64,000 bases of DNA, from contig CAOKQZ010000004.1 of NCBI GenBank assembly GCA_948471055.1, positions 9,331 to 73,330 on the forward strand, given 5' to 3'. The notes under the pieces were generated by a model that did no database searches, was not told the DNA's origin, and was given only the letters and a program-made list of their open reading frames with translations. This document shows, piece by piece, positions 10,528 through 19,914 of this stretch; positions within the stretch are counted from its first letter, which is position 1, and every line of letters begins with the position of its first letter. Both the position numbers and the translations under genes were made by a program. This DNA is from an uncultured Clostridium sp. (GTDB taxonomy: Bacteria > Bacillota > Clostridia > TANB77 > CAG-508).

Positions 10528-10977
10528 TTATTCGGCATTTTTGCTATTATTTCCACATTCGCAAATATTTTCTAATGTGTTACATACTTCTTGTGTCCCT
10601 ACTGTTTTATCATGATGTGCTAAATCACCTAACGTTAACATTCCGACAATTTTATTGTTTTGGTCACAAACTGGAATTCTACGAATTTGAAAATCCGACA
10701 TAAGCTTGGTTGCTTCATCAATTGTAGTATCTGGCTTACAACAACATACTCCACAAGTCATAACTTCCGAAACTGGTGTGGTATTAGCATCTTTATTACA
10801 AGACACACTTCGTAATATGACATCACGGTCTGTTAATAACCCGACCACTTGGTTTTTATCATCACAAACAGGGATACATCCCACATGGTTATCGCACATC
10901 AACTTAGCAGCCTCTGCTACATTAGTATTTGGTGTACAACAACAAACATTTTTCGTCATACAATCTTTAACATCCAT
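10528..10977 (-). CDS. Cysteine-rich tandem CBS-domain protein
   Basis: Two CBS repeats (IPVCDD..VVGLLTDRDV and IPVCDQ..IVGMLTLGDL). Confidence 0.8.
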   Translation of the reverse strand: MDVKDCMTKNVCCCTPNTNVAEAAKLMCDNHVGCIPVCDDKNQVVGLLTDRDVILRSVSCNKDANTTPVSEVMTCGVCCCKPDTTIDEATKLMSDFQIRRIPVCDQNNKIVGMLTLGDLAHHDKTVGTQEVCNTLENICECGNNSKNAE

Positions 10978-11109
10978 TTTACATACTTCCTTTCATTTTT
11001 AATACAATTTTAGTTTGTACGTTTTGCAAAAAAGTATGTAAGTTTAAATTTGCTAAATTTCAAAACGATAGCCATCTTCGGGAATAATCAAATTGGAAAT
11101 TTTTTCATT

Positions 11110-11629
11110 TTAAAACTCACGTGGACGTGGTGGTGGTGGAAATGGTGGTCTTCCTCCTGGTCCACCGCCTGGCCCCCCTGGAAATGGCGGACGTGGTGGT
11201 CTTGGTGGTTGTGGTGGCATTGGTGGGCGTGGTCTATTTCCTCCTATAATTTCTCTTAAAATTAAAATACGGATTAAATCTCGTAAAAAATTATTTCTGT
11301 TTGCTACTTGCCTATCGTCTCCGTCTTACGTTTTTGGTTTCAATTTTTAAATCAATTTCAATTGCCTTATACACATTTTCTGTCATTTGTTCTAATGTCT
11401 CATTTGTCATTTCTGTATTCCTATTTTTGCATTCATTGCAAACCAATGGATATATCTTATGGTAAATTTCTGGATACAACTGCTCACATTTGCTATTATC
11501 CACATTCATTTGATGAAGTGGTTGCATTATGTAATAATCATTTGGTTCATATACATTTTGGTTAGGATAGGTTGGCATATACCCTAACACATTTCGCATG
11601 TATTCTTCATATGCTGTTTCATCATACAT
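11110..11629 (-). CDS. Hypothetical protein with proline/glycine-rich tail; frame needs a +1 shift at CGG (11321-11323)
   Basis: The 105-aa ORF ends ...KNVRRRR*. The +1 frame after AGA-C-GGA continues for 70 more codons: DDRQVANRNNFLRDLIRILILREIIGGNRPRPPMPPQPPRPP... Confidence 0.6.
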
Positions 11630-11707
11630 AAAAAATCCCTCCTATTCTTTTATTAGAATATGAGAGATTTTATAAAAGCGTGACAAAAGAGAAGCGTTTT
11701 GCTTCTC

Positions 11708-13110
11708 TTATTTTAACTTATTCACCAATTCCTTAAACCTTTCTCCTCTTTCCTCAAAGTTCTTGAATAAATCGAAACTAGCACTGGCTGGGGAGAATAA
11801 TACAATTTGACCGAGGTTTTGCTATTTTTTTTGCTACTTCTACGATTTGTGGGAATTCGGTGCATTGGTAGATGTCTAGTGTTTTTTCGCTTTCTTCTAG
11901 TTCTTTTCCGAACAGCTTCCATTATTTTTTTTGAGGTTTGACCAATTAGGATAAGTGCTTTTACTTTGTCTACAATTGGTTTTGCTAGTGGTTCGTAATC
12001 TAGGTGTTTATCATATCCTCCTGCAATTAGGATAATGTCTTCTTCAAAGGAGTTTAGACCTGCTATGGTTCTGGTTGGACTGGTTCCTATGGAGTCATTG
12101 TACCATTTTACACTGTCTAGTTCTCGTATAAATTCTAGCCTATGGGCAACTCCTTTAAAGTGTTTAATGGCTTCTACGATGGTATCCATATCCACAAAGG
12201 ATTTCGTAGCAGCAATGGCTGCTGATACGTTTTCGTAGTTATGCATGCCTCGTAGGTGAATGTCTTTTGTATTTATGATGTGTTTTCTTAGGCGGTCTTC
12301 ACATTCTTTTATCACATCGTTATCAACAATAATACCGTCTTCTAGTTTTTCTTTGCTACTAAAGTATACAACTTTCCCATTGGCTTCTGGTTTACATTTT
12401 CTGGTTATTTCGTTGTCATAGTTTAAGACTAAAATACCATTTTCATTTTGATTTTTGAAGATATTCTTTTTGGCTTCGATGTATTCGTCATAGCTTGCAT
12501 GAATATTTAAATGGTTTGGCGATATGTTGGTAATAACAGATATATCTGGGCTTACCGTCATGTTCATTAATTGAAAACTGCTTAGTTCTAACACAATTAC
12601 ATCTTCTGGTTTCATTTCACCTAGTTTGGTAAAGAGTGGATACCCAATGTTTCCGCCAAGATAGGCATGATGTCCAGCAGTTTTTACAATTTCATAAATA
12701 AGGCTTGTGGTGGTGGTTTTTCCATCACTTCCCGTAACTCCAATTACTTTACAAGGTGCCATTTCCATTAGCATTTCGATTTCTGTGGTAACAATGGCTC
12801 CTCTTTGTTCTTCTAATACTAGTTCTTTTTTGGTTGGCATACAACTTGGGGAACGGAAAATTAAGTCAAACCCTACTAATTTGGATAAGTTGTTTTCTCC
12901 AAAGGAAAATTCAAAAGTATATCTTGTAATTTTATCCATGATTTCTTTTGGAATTTGCTCGATGTTTCGGTCGTCAAATACGGTAACGTTTGCAGATAAC
13001 TTGTACAAATAATCCAGTAATGGTTCATTACTAACACCAAGCCCAATAACGGCTACTTTTCGTTTGTTCAAATATGTATTAAATTCTTTTAGCTTTTCGT
13101 TCATGAACAT
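11708..13110 (-). CDS. murD: UDP-N-acetylmuramoylalanine--D-glutamate ligase; needs two +1 shifts at CGG (11908-11910 and 11811-11813)
   Basis: [12 protein letters not shown]-loop. Removing the C in GTT-C-GGA and in CCT-C-GGT restores the conserved C-terminus ...[26 protein letters not shown]. Confidence 0.9.
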
Positions 13111-13173
13111 CCTCTCCTTTATTTTAACTACTACACGGTGTAGGTTCCATTAATAATCCTTTATTTTCAATTA

Positions 13174-13875
13174 TTAACCTTTAGGTTGACATTGTGGTAG
13201 TTTAATATGGTTTAGTACCTTTTGGGTTGATTCTTCTACGGTTTTGCAATCGGTTACATCAATACATATGGTATTGTCGCTTAATTCGTAAAAACCTGCT
13301 TGTTTTTGTAGTTCATCTCGTTTTGCAATGTGATTTACGAGTTCCTCTATATCAACTTCACCCTTATATTGTATGCTTTTTCTTCTAGCACGTTCCTCTA
13401 GGCTTGCAGTAATAAAGAAGTGGTAATCGGTTTTTGGATAAATCTGCATAAGTGATCTTCCAGAAACAATAATATTATGCTCTATTTTCAAATGTTCAAT
13501 CAAATTTCTAGCAAAAACAAATAAAGCTTCATTATTTGCTTTTCCTCCCACTTCCGATACAGCAAGAGAGGCTTGTCTTGATTGTAATTCTTCTTCTTCT
13601 ATTATGTGCCCGTCCATATAAATTTTGGTTTCATTATTTTCTATTTTTAATTCAATATGAAATAAATCCATTACGGTTTTAATGTCAATTTCTTTTGCCT
13701 GTGCTTTTAACTTATCTAAATTTGCCCCACTTTTCATCATTACATACACAATGGCTCTATATAAATTCCCACCGTTTAATAAAATGGTATTTGGTAAAAT
13801 TTTAATTAATTCTCGGCAAATCGATGTTTTACCAGCTCCTACCAATCCTTCAATTCCAATTACAACATGTTCCAT
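13174..13875 (-). CDS. Cytidylate kinase-like P-loop kinase
   Basis: GLVGAGKTS P-loop, GNLYRAIV, and ITASLEERARRK (Cmk-like). Confidence 0.6.
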   Translation of the reverse strand: MEHVVIGIEGLVGAGKTSICRELIKILPNTILLNGGNLYRAIVYVMMKSGANLDKLKAQAKEIDIKTVMDLFHIELKIENNETKIYMDGHIIEEEELQSRQASLAVSEVGGKANNEALFVFARNLIEHLKIEHNIIVSGRSLMQIYPKTDYHFFITASLEERARRKSIQYKGEVDIEELVNHIAKRDELQKQAGFYELSDNTICIDVTDCKTVEESTQKVLNHIKLPQCQPKG

Positions 13876-14041
13876 ACTTTTTCTCCTATGTTTTTATTTA
13901 TTTCGCTTCCCATTATACCACAAATTCCATCCATGTGTTAATTTTTTGCTACAATTTTTCTTATTCCTTGCATATTTTTTGTAATTTGGTGAAAAATATT
14001 CTTAGAGAAAAGAAATGGAGGTGCTTTCATTATGGCAAAAA

Positions 14042-14146
14042 ATAATAATAAAAACCAAAACAAAAATAAGGAAAATCAAAATAAGAATGAAAACAACAAT
14101 CAAAACAAGAACAACAATAACGAAAACTGTAGATAGTTACGATATG
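14042..14146 (+). CDS. 34-aa Asn/Lys-rich small protein
   Basis: GGAGGTG RBS lies 7-8 nt upstream of the ATG. Sequence is MAKNNNKNQNKNKENQNKNENNNQNKNNNNENCR. A hairpin terminator follows immediately. Confidence 0.5.
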
Positions 14147-14156
14147 GAGAACCCCG

Positions 14157-14185
14157 CACACTGTGCGGGGTTCTCTCTTAACAGA
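14157..14185. terminator. Palindromic GC hairpin (copy 1 of a 21-nt repeat)
   Basis: GAGAACCCCGCACACTGTGCGGGGTTCTC. Confidence 0.6.
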
Positions 14186-14200
14186 AACACTTGCTTAGCA

Positions 14201-14566
14201 TTACAAATTAAAAATTTTTAATGCGTTGCTGAGATGTTTGTCACATAATCTGTCTTCTATTTCTGGACTGAATTCTTTCAGATTATCGGATATTCTGTTT
14301 AGGTATCTTTCAAACTCTCTTCCAAATTGTATATCTGAAACAATTCCATTTTGGTAAACAGTCGCTAACCCTTCCTGAATGTCCATTGTTCTTATCGCAG
14401 TTCCTATACAATTTAACATAGCATACAACTTGCTCTTGCCACATTCGTCTCCTAGCTCCTGCTTCAAAATCATTTTTGCAAATCTAATATCTTCCCGATA
14501 TTCCTTTTTCCAATTTGCAAATGCTTCGGCTTGCTCCTTTGTAATTGTTAATTTTGTTTCTGCCAT
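14201..14566 (-). CDS. Hypothetical protein (121 aa); in-frame CGG at 14495-14497
   Basis: The ATG at 14566 is preceded by GGAGGGTG. No family recognised. Confidence 0.55.
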   Translation of the reverse strand: MAETKLTITKEQAEAFANWKKEYREDIRFAKMILKQELGDECGKSKLYAMLNCIGTAIRTMDIQEGLATVYQNGIVSDIQFGREFERYLNRISDNLKEFSPEIEDRLCDKHLSNALKIFNL

Positions 14567-14742
14567 TTCTACACCCTCCATTTTTTTTGGCTGTTTATAG
14601 TTGCATGTACCATATTTCTTTTGCTGTACTAGCAAATATTTCTATTCCATTATAGCACAATTTATGTTAATATTCAAGTAATTTGTTTTTATGCTTTATT
14701 GACTTTTTGTCATTTTTGTAATACTATAATCTTATACTATAA

Positions 14743-14991
14743 ATGGAGGTTATGATTTTGAGAACAATTATTGATGTAAAACCATTGGAAGACTGTAAAT
14801 TACTTTTAACATTTGATAATCATATGAAAAAAATTAAAGATATGAAACCATATCTTGATAAAGGTGTTTTTAAAGTTCTCCAAGACAAAGCTATTTTCAA
14901 TTCTGTAACCATTGAATTCGGAACCATTTCTTGGGGTAATATTGATATGTGCCCAGATTCTTTGTATGAGAGTAGCTATGAAATAGAATAA
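14743..14991 (+). CDS. DUF2442 domain protein
   Basis: V.PLEDCKLLLTFDN ... KPYLDKGVF..L.D...F..V...FGTISW...D.CPDSLY pattern. The true start may be the TTG at 14758. Confidence 0.65.
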   Translation: MEVMILRTIIDVKPLEDCKLLLTFDNHMKKIKDMKPYLDKGVFKVLQDKAIFNSVTIEFGTISWGNIDMCPDSLYESSYEIE

Positions 14992-15015
14992 TCCCTTAAA
15001 ATGAAATGACGGAGT

Positions 15016-15036
15016 AACCCCGCACACTGTGCGGGG
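15016..15036. repeat. Palindromic GC hairpin (copy 2, 21/21 identical to 14160-14180)
   Basis: AACCCCGCACACTGTGCGGGG. Confidence 0.7.
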
Positions 15037-15043
15037 CATTTTC

Positions 15044-15409
15044 TTATTCTTTGGGTTCTTCGCTGGATTGTTCTTTTATTATTTTACTTTTTTCCTCTTG
15101 CATGGCTTCATTAATTTTTTCTTTTTCTTTTAATATAAGCCATACAATAGCACCTCCAATCACACCAAACAATATGAGTACAAATAAAGCACCTACACCA
15201 AGCATATAAATATGTCTTATTCTTTCGCCAAACTTATCTATTCTCGTTTCTTCCAATGCATAACTGATTGTTCCTAATCCGAGGACTATACCAAGTCCAA
15301 TCAAAGATCCCATCAAAGATCCTAAAATCCTTATTCCCCACACTGCAAGCCTTTTCTTTACCGCTGTTAAAATAATGCTCCGTTTTTCTTTCTTAGAAAA
15401 TTCTTTCAT
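15044..15409 (-). CDS. Small membrane protein (121 aa); in-frame CGG at codon 10
   Basis: Two hydrophobic helices and a charged C-terminus. Confidence 0.55.
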   Translation of the reverse strand: MKEFSKKEKRSIILTAVKKRLAVWGIRILGSLMGSLIGLGIVLGLGTISYALEETRIDKFGERIRHIYMLGVGALFVLILFGVIGGAIVWLILKEKEKINEAMQEEKSKIIKEQSSEEPKE

Positions 15410-15501
15410 TTAGAAATTCCTCCTTACCATTTTTGTTTTCTTTGAAACATTTTGTTCGTATTATATCATATTATGGTTAATTTTTCAACATTACATAATT
15501 C

Positions 15502-18325
15502 TTACTCCAAATACTTCTTCAAGAACCTGCCTGTATGACTTTGTTCATTTCTTACGACTTGTTCTGGAGTTCCTACTGCTACGATTTGTCCGCCTTTGTC
15601 TCCGCCTTCTGGGCCTAGGTCTATTAGGTGGTCTGCAGTTTTGATTAGGTCTAGGTTGTGTTCGATTACGATGATGCTGTTTCCAGTGTCTACTAGTCTT
15701 TGTAAGATGTTTACTAGTTTGTGGACATCGGCTATGTGTAAGCCTGTGGTTGGTTCGTCTAGGATGTATAGGGTTTTTCCGGTTGGTTTTTTGGATAGTT
15801 CGGTGGCTAGTTTTACTCTTTGGGCTTCTCCTCCGGATAGGGTTGTCGAGGGTTGTCCTAGTTTGATGTAGCCAAGCCCTACATCATATAGGGTTTGAAT
15901 TTTTGTTTTGATTCTTGGGATGTTTTCGAAGAAGGTGAGTGCTTCTTCTACTGTCATATCTAGTACATCTGCTATACTTTTCCCTTTATATTTTACCTCT
16001 AACGTTTCGTGGTTGTATCTTTTTCCATGGCAAACTTCACATGGTACATAGATATCTGGTAAAAAGTGCATTTCGATTTTTAAAATTCCGTCTCCATTAC
16101 ATGCCTCACATCTTCCGCCGGAAACATTAAAGCTAAATCTTCCCTTTGCATAACCACGCATCTTTGCTTCATTGGTAGTAGCAAAAATATCACGTATGAT
16201 ATCAAACACGCCTGTATAGGTAGCAGGATTAGATCGTGGCGTTCTTCCAATTGGAGATTGGTCAATGTTAATAATTTTATCAATATGCTCTAATCCTTTA
16301 ATCTCTTTGCATTTTCCCGGTTTTTCATTAGAGCCATAAATTTCTTTGGCAACCGTTTTATACAAAATTTCATTTACCAAGGTACTTTTTCCAGAGCCTG
16401 AAACGCCTGTTACACAGGTAAATACTCCTAGTGGAAATTTTACATTAATATTTTTTAGGTTGTTTTGCTCAGCTCCAATTACTTCAATTGCTTTTCCATT
16501 GGATTTTCTTCTCTTTTTTGGTACTAAAATCTTCTTTTTCCCACTTAAATATTGTCCAGTAATGGACTCTGGTATTTGTTTTATTTCTTCGGCAGTTCCT
16601 TGTGCAATTACATTTCCCCCATGCACTCCAGGACCTGGACCAATATCGATTATTTGGTCTGCTGCATACATGGTATCTTCATCGTGTTCTACCACAATTA
16701 AGGTATTTCCCAAGTCTCTTAATTTTTTCAAGGTTGCTAGTAATTTGTCATTATCACGTTGATGTAAACCAATACTTGGTTCATCTAAAATGTATAGTAC
16801 TCCTGTTAAACCAGACCCAATTTGAGTGGCTAAACGAATACGTTGGGCTTCTCCTCCAGATAAGCTTCCTGCTGATCTAGATAAGGTTAAATATTCTAAG
16901 CCTACATCCATTAAAAATTGCAATCTTTGGTTTAATTCTTTCATAATTTGGTCGGCAATCATGGCTTCTTTTTTGGTTAGTTTTAGTGCATTTAAGTAAG
17001 CTTTAATTTTATCGATCGACATATCGGTTAATTCATTAATATTCTTATCTCCTATTTTTACAGCAAGTACCTCTTTTTTTAGCCTTGCTCCATGACAAGT
17101 AGGACATGCACTATAGCTCATGTACATCTCATAAAAATCTCGCATTCCTTGCGATTTTGTTTCATTATAGCGTCTATCTAAGGTAGGAATGACTCCCTCA
17201 AATGGTGCTTTGAATTTTCTGGTTCCTGCTGCAGAGGTATATTCAAAATCGATTTCTTCGCTTCCTGTACCATATAAAATTTTATTTAAAAAGTCACGTG
17301 GTAGTTTTTTGATTGGCACTTTGATGTTTACTCCATAATGACGAGCAATGCTTTCAAAATACATTTTTGCCATGGTATCGCCTTTTTTCATGGTGCTTGC
17401 ACCAAAGGCTTTTACACCATCATATAGGGTTTTGTTTTTGTCTGGAATAATTAATTCTTCATCCATTTTCATTAGGTAGCCAATTCCTGTACACGATGGA
17501 CATGCTCCTACTGGATTATTAAACGAGAACATTCGTGGTGATAATTCTGGAAAACTAATACCACAATCTGGGCAGGCATAATTTCCACTAAATAGTTTTT
17601 CTTCTTTTCCAACGATATCGATTAAAACTAATTCATTGGCATGTTTCATGGCAATTTCAACCGATTCGGCTAAACGGTTTCGGATGTCTGGCTTAATAAC
17701 CAAACGGTCTACAATTAGGTGTACATTGTGTTTTTTCTTTCGATCTAATTCTAGGTCATCGGTTAATTCGACGGTTTCGCCATCAATTCTAGCACGTACA
17801 AAACCTTCTTTTACAAAGTCTTCTAATAATTTGGTAAATTCTCCTTTTCTTCCATGAATTACTGGTGATAGGACTTGAATTTTGGTGCCTTCTTCTAGTG
17901 CCATAATGGTGTCTACAATTTGGTCGATGGATTGTTTTTCGATTTTTTTTCCACAGTTTGGGCAATATGGAATACCAATTCTTGCATATAATAGACGAAT
18001 ATAGTCGTATATTTCGGTTACGGTTCCCACGGTAGAACGTGGGTTTTTTGAGGTGGTTTTTTGGTCAATGGAAATGGCAGGTGATAATCCTTCAATTAAT
18101 TCTACATCTGGCTTTTCCATTAGCCCTAAAAATTGTCTTGCATAACTTGATAGGCTTTCTACATATCGTCTTTGCCCTTCTGCATATAACGTATCAAATG
18201 CTAAAGATGATTTTCCGTGAACCAGAAAGTCCTGTAATAACCACTAGTTTATCTCTTGGTATTTCTAAATTAATATTTTTTAAATTGTGTTCCTTTGCTC
18301 CCTTTATTACTATTTTATCGTTCAT
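15502..18325 (-). CDS. uvrA: Excinuclease ABC subunit A; frame needs a +1 shift at CGG (18215-18217) inside Walker A
   Basis: [54 protein letters not shown] continues into the 872-aa ORF. Junction TCA-C-GGA-AAA. Confidence 0.92.
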
Positions 18326-18475
18326 ATTTCCCCCCAGCATGCTTGTTTTATTTCTTATTATGATTACATGCAAGGTATATTATACTATATTAATTTGTTT
18401 TAAACAAGTGTTTGTGTGATTTTTTTCAATTTTCTGTTACTGTTCAAAAGTAATCATTTTTATATCAATTCATTT

Positions 18476-18692
18476 TAAGAACCCCCAGTCGCTCCGCGCC
18501 AGCCCCCTTGTTAAAGGGGCTTTCCTGTAAAGTCTTTGAAGTTTGTATGCAATAAACAAATATGAAATGATAAAAATAATATTAAATATAATAATTTACC
18601 AATAGTCTGATTTTGCTTAACCTTACGAAGCGTTGCAAAAAAGCCCCTTTAACAAGGGGGCTGGCACGCGGAAGCGTGACTGGGGGTTCTTA
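18476..18692. mobile_element. MITE-like element with ~50-bp structured terminal inverted repeats (family 1, complete copy)
   Basis: The left arm is TAAGAACCCCCAGTC-[minihairpin]-CCAGCCCCCTTGTTAAAGGGGCTTT. The right arm is its reverse complement, around a 110-bp AT-rich core. Confidence 0.55.
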
Positions 18693-18728
18693 TTACTAAT
18701 TATTCATCTCTGAGTTGTTACATTTTAT

Positions 18729-18941
18729 TTAAATATCTGCTCCATAACGTTCTCTCATTAATTCTCGATATTCTTCTAACGTGTATGTTTTTCCCCCATT
18801 AGCAATGTCCTCTTCTGCTTCACGTATAGCCTCTTTAATGTATCGCATATATATTTCATCTTCTATCTTTTTCTTAAGTCGTTTCGTTTGTACATTTTCT
18901 TTAAACATCATAAACATTCCTTTTGCTTTTTTCAATAACAT
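18729..18941 (-). CDS. Small protein with ParD/RelB-like antitoxin C-terminal pattern (weak)
   Basis: Start assigned to the ATG with an AGGTGA RBS. The motif is ...EAIREAEEDIANGGKTYTLEEYRELMRERYG. No toxin partner was seen. Confidence 0.35.
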   Translation of the reverse strand: MLLKKAKGMFMMFKENVQTKRLKKKIEDEIYMRYIKEAIREAEEDIANGGKTYTLEEYRELMRERYGADI

Positions 18942-19057
18942 ATTTTCATCACCTAGAAATGACTTTATCATATATTTGTCTTTTTTGCAACACTTTCAAT
19001 GTTTTTTACAATTTGAAAAGGAGACTTAGGCAAATGCCAAGTCTCCCAAGCGGAACT

Positions 19058-19192
19058 TTAAAGCTGCTCGCGGTAGAGCGGTTTCTTGGTTTCAGGCTCC
19101 CCTATTACTGCCGGCTGTTTATGCTGTTTTGACGGCTGCAACTGTGCCTTTCTTTCTTCTACCTTCGCTTTTAAATATTCCTTCTGTTCCAT
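19058..19192 (-). CDS. 44-aa small protein
   Basis: AGGAGG RBS lies 9 nt upstream. Sequence is MEQKEYLKAKVEERKAQLQPSKQHKQPAVIGEPETKKPLYREQL. A hairpin plus T-run terminator at 19020-19046 follows. Confidence 0.5.
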   Translation of the reverse strand: MEQKEYLKAKVEERKAQLQPSKQHKQPAVIGEPETKKPLYREQL

Positions 19193-19288
19193 TTTTTGTT
19201 ACCTCCTAAACAAAGTATTTATTTCATCAAGTTTCGCCCTAGGTGTAAATATAAGGTAAATACTCAATGTTATCTTTATTTTACCACT

Positions 19289-19814
19289 TTACGTAACATT
19301 TTGCAATACCTTTCCGTGGAATTCCGATTACGGTTACATTATCTTCTACTGGTTTTGTTACAACTGCATTGGCACCAATTTTTACGTGATTGCCTATTTT
19401 TATAGGGCCTAGGATTTTGGCACCACATCCTACCATTACATCATTTCCTAGGTCTGGATGTCTTTTGTTTTTGTCTTTTCCGGTTCCGCCTAGTGTTACT
19501 CCGTGGTAAATGGTGCAATCATTTCCTATGGTTGCTGTTTCTCCTATAACAATTCCCATTCCATGGTCGATGAACAATCTTCTTCCTATTTTGGCACCAG
19601 GATGAATTTCGATTCCCGTTAAAAATCGGGCTATTTGTGAAATTAGCCTTGCTAGGAAGAATAGTTTGTGTGTATAGAAAAAATGTCCCATACGATAGAA
19701 TAGTAACACATGAAACCCTTGGTATAGCAAAATCACATATAAAATATGCTTTGCCGCAGGGTCTTTTTTTTGTATATTTTTCGCATCTTCATATAATTCT
19801 TTCCAAAATCTCAT
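19289..19814 (-). CDS. cysE: Serine O-acetyltransferase; probable +1 shift at CGG (19314-19316) near the C-terminus
   Basis: Hexapeptide repeats ([24 protein letters not shown]). With the shift the C-terminus reads [11 protein letters not shown]; without it, [14 protein letters not shown] (stop at 19281). Confidence 0.8.
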
Positions 19815-19914
19815 ACTTCTCACCTTACTTATCATATGAAATCCAAACGAATTTGTTGCACGTTTTGCCTTTTTTCGCATATATTATCGTAAAAGAAAAA
19901 CAAGGAGGACATTT

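Noticed and set aside
11050-11259. Plus-strand 69-aa Trp-rich ORF (WWWKWW...)
   Set aside because: It is the antisense shadow of the Pro/Gly-rich coding region on the minus strand (CCN/GGN codons read backwards). It has no RBS.
19815-19914. T-box or riboswitch leader upstream of cysE, asnB or metG
   Set aside because: The intergenic regions are only 20-100 bp and lack T-box or other recognisable riboswitch cores.
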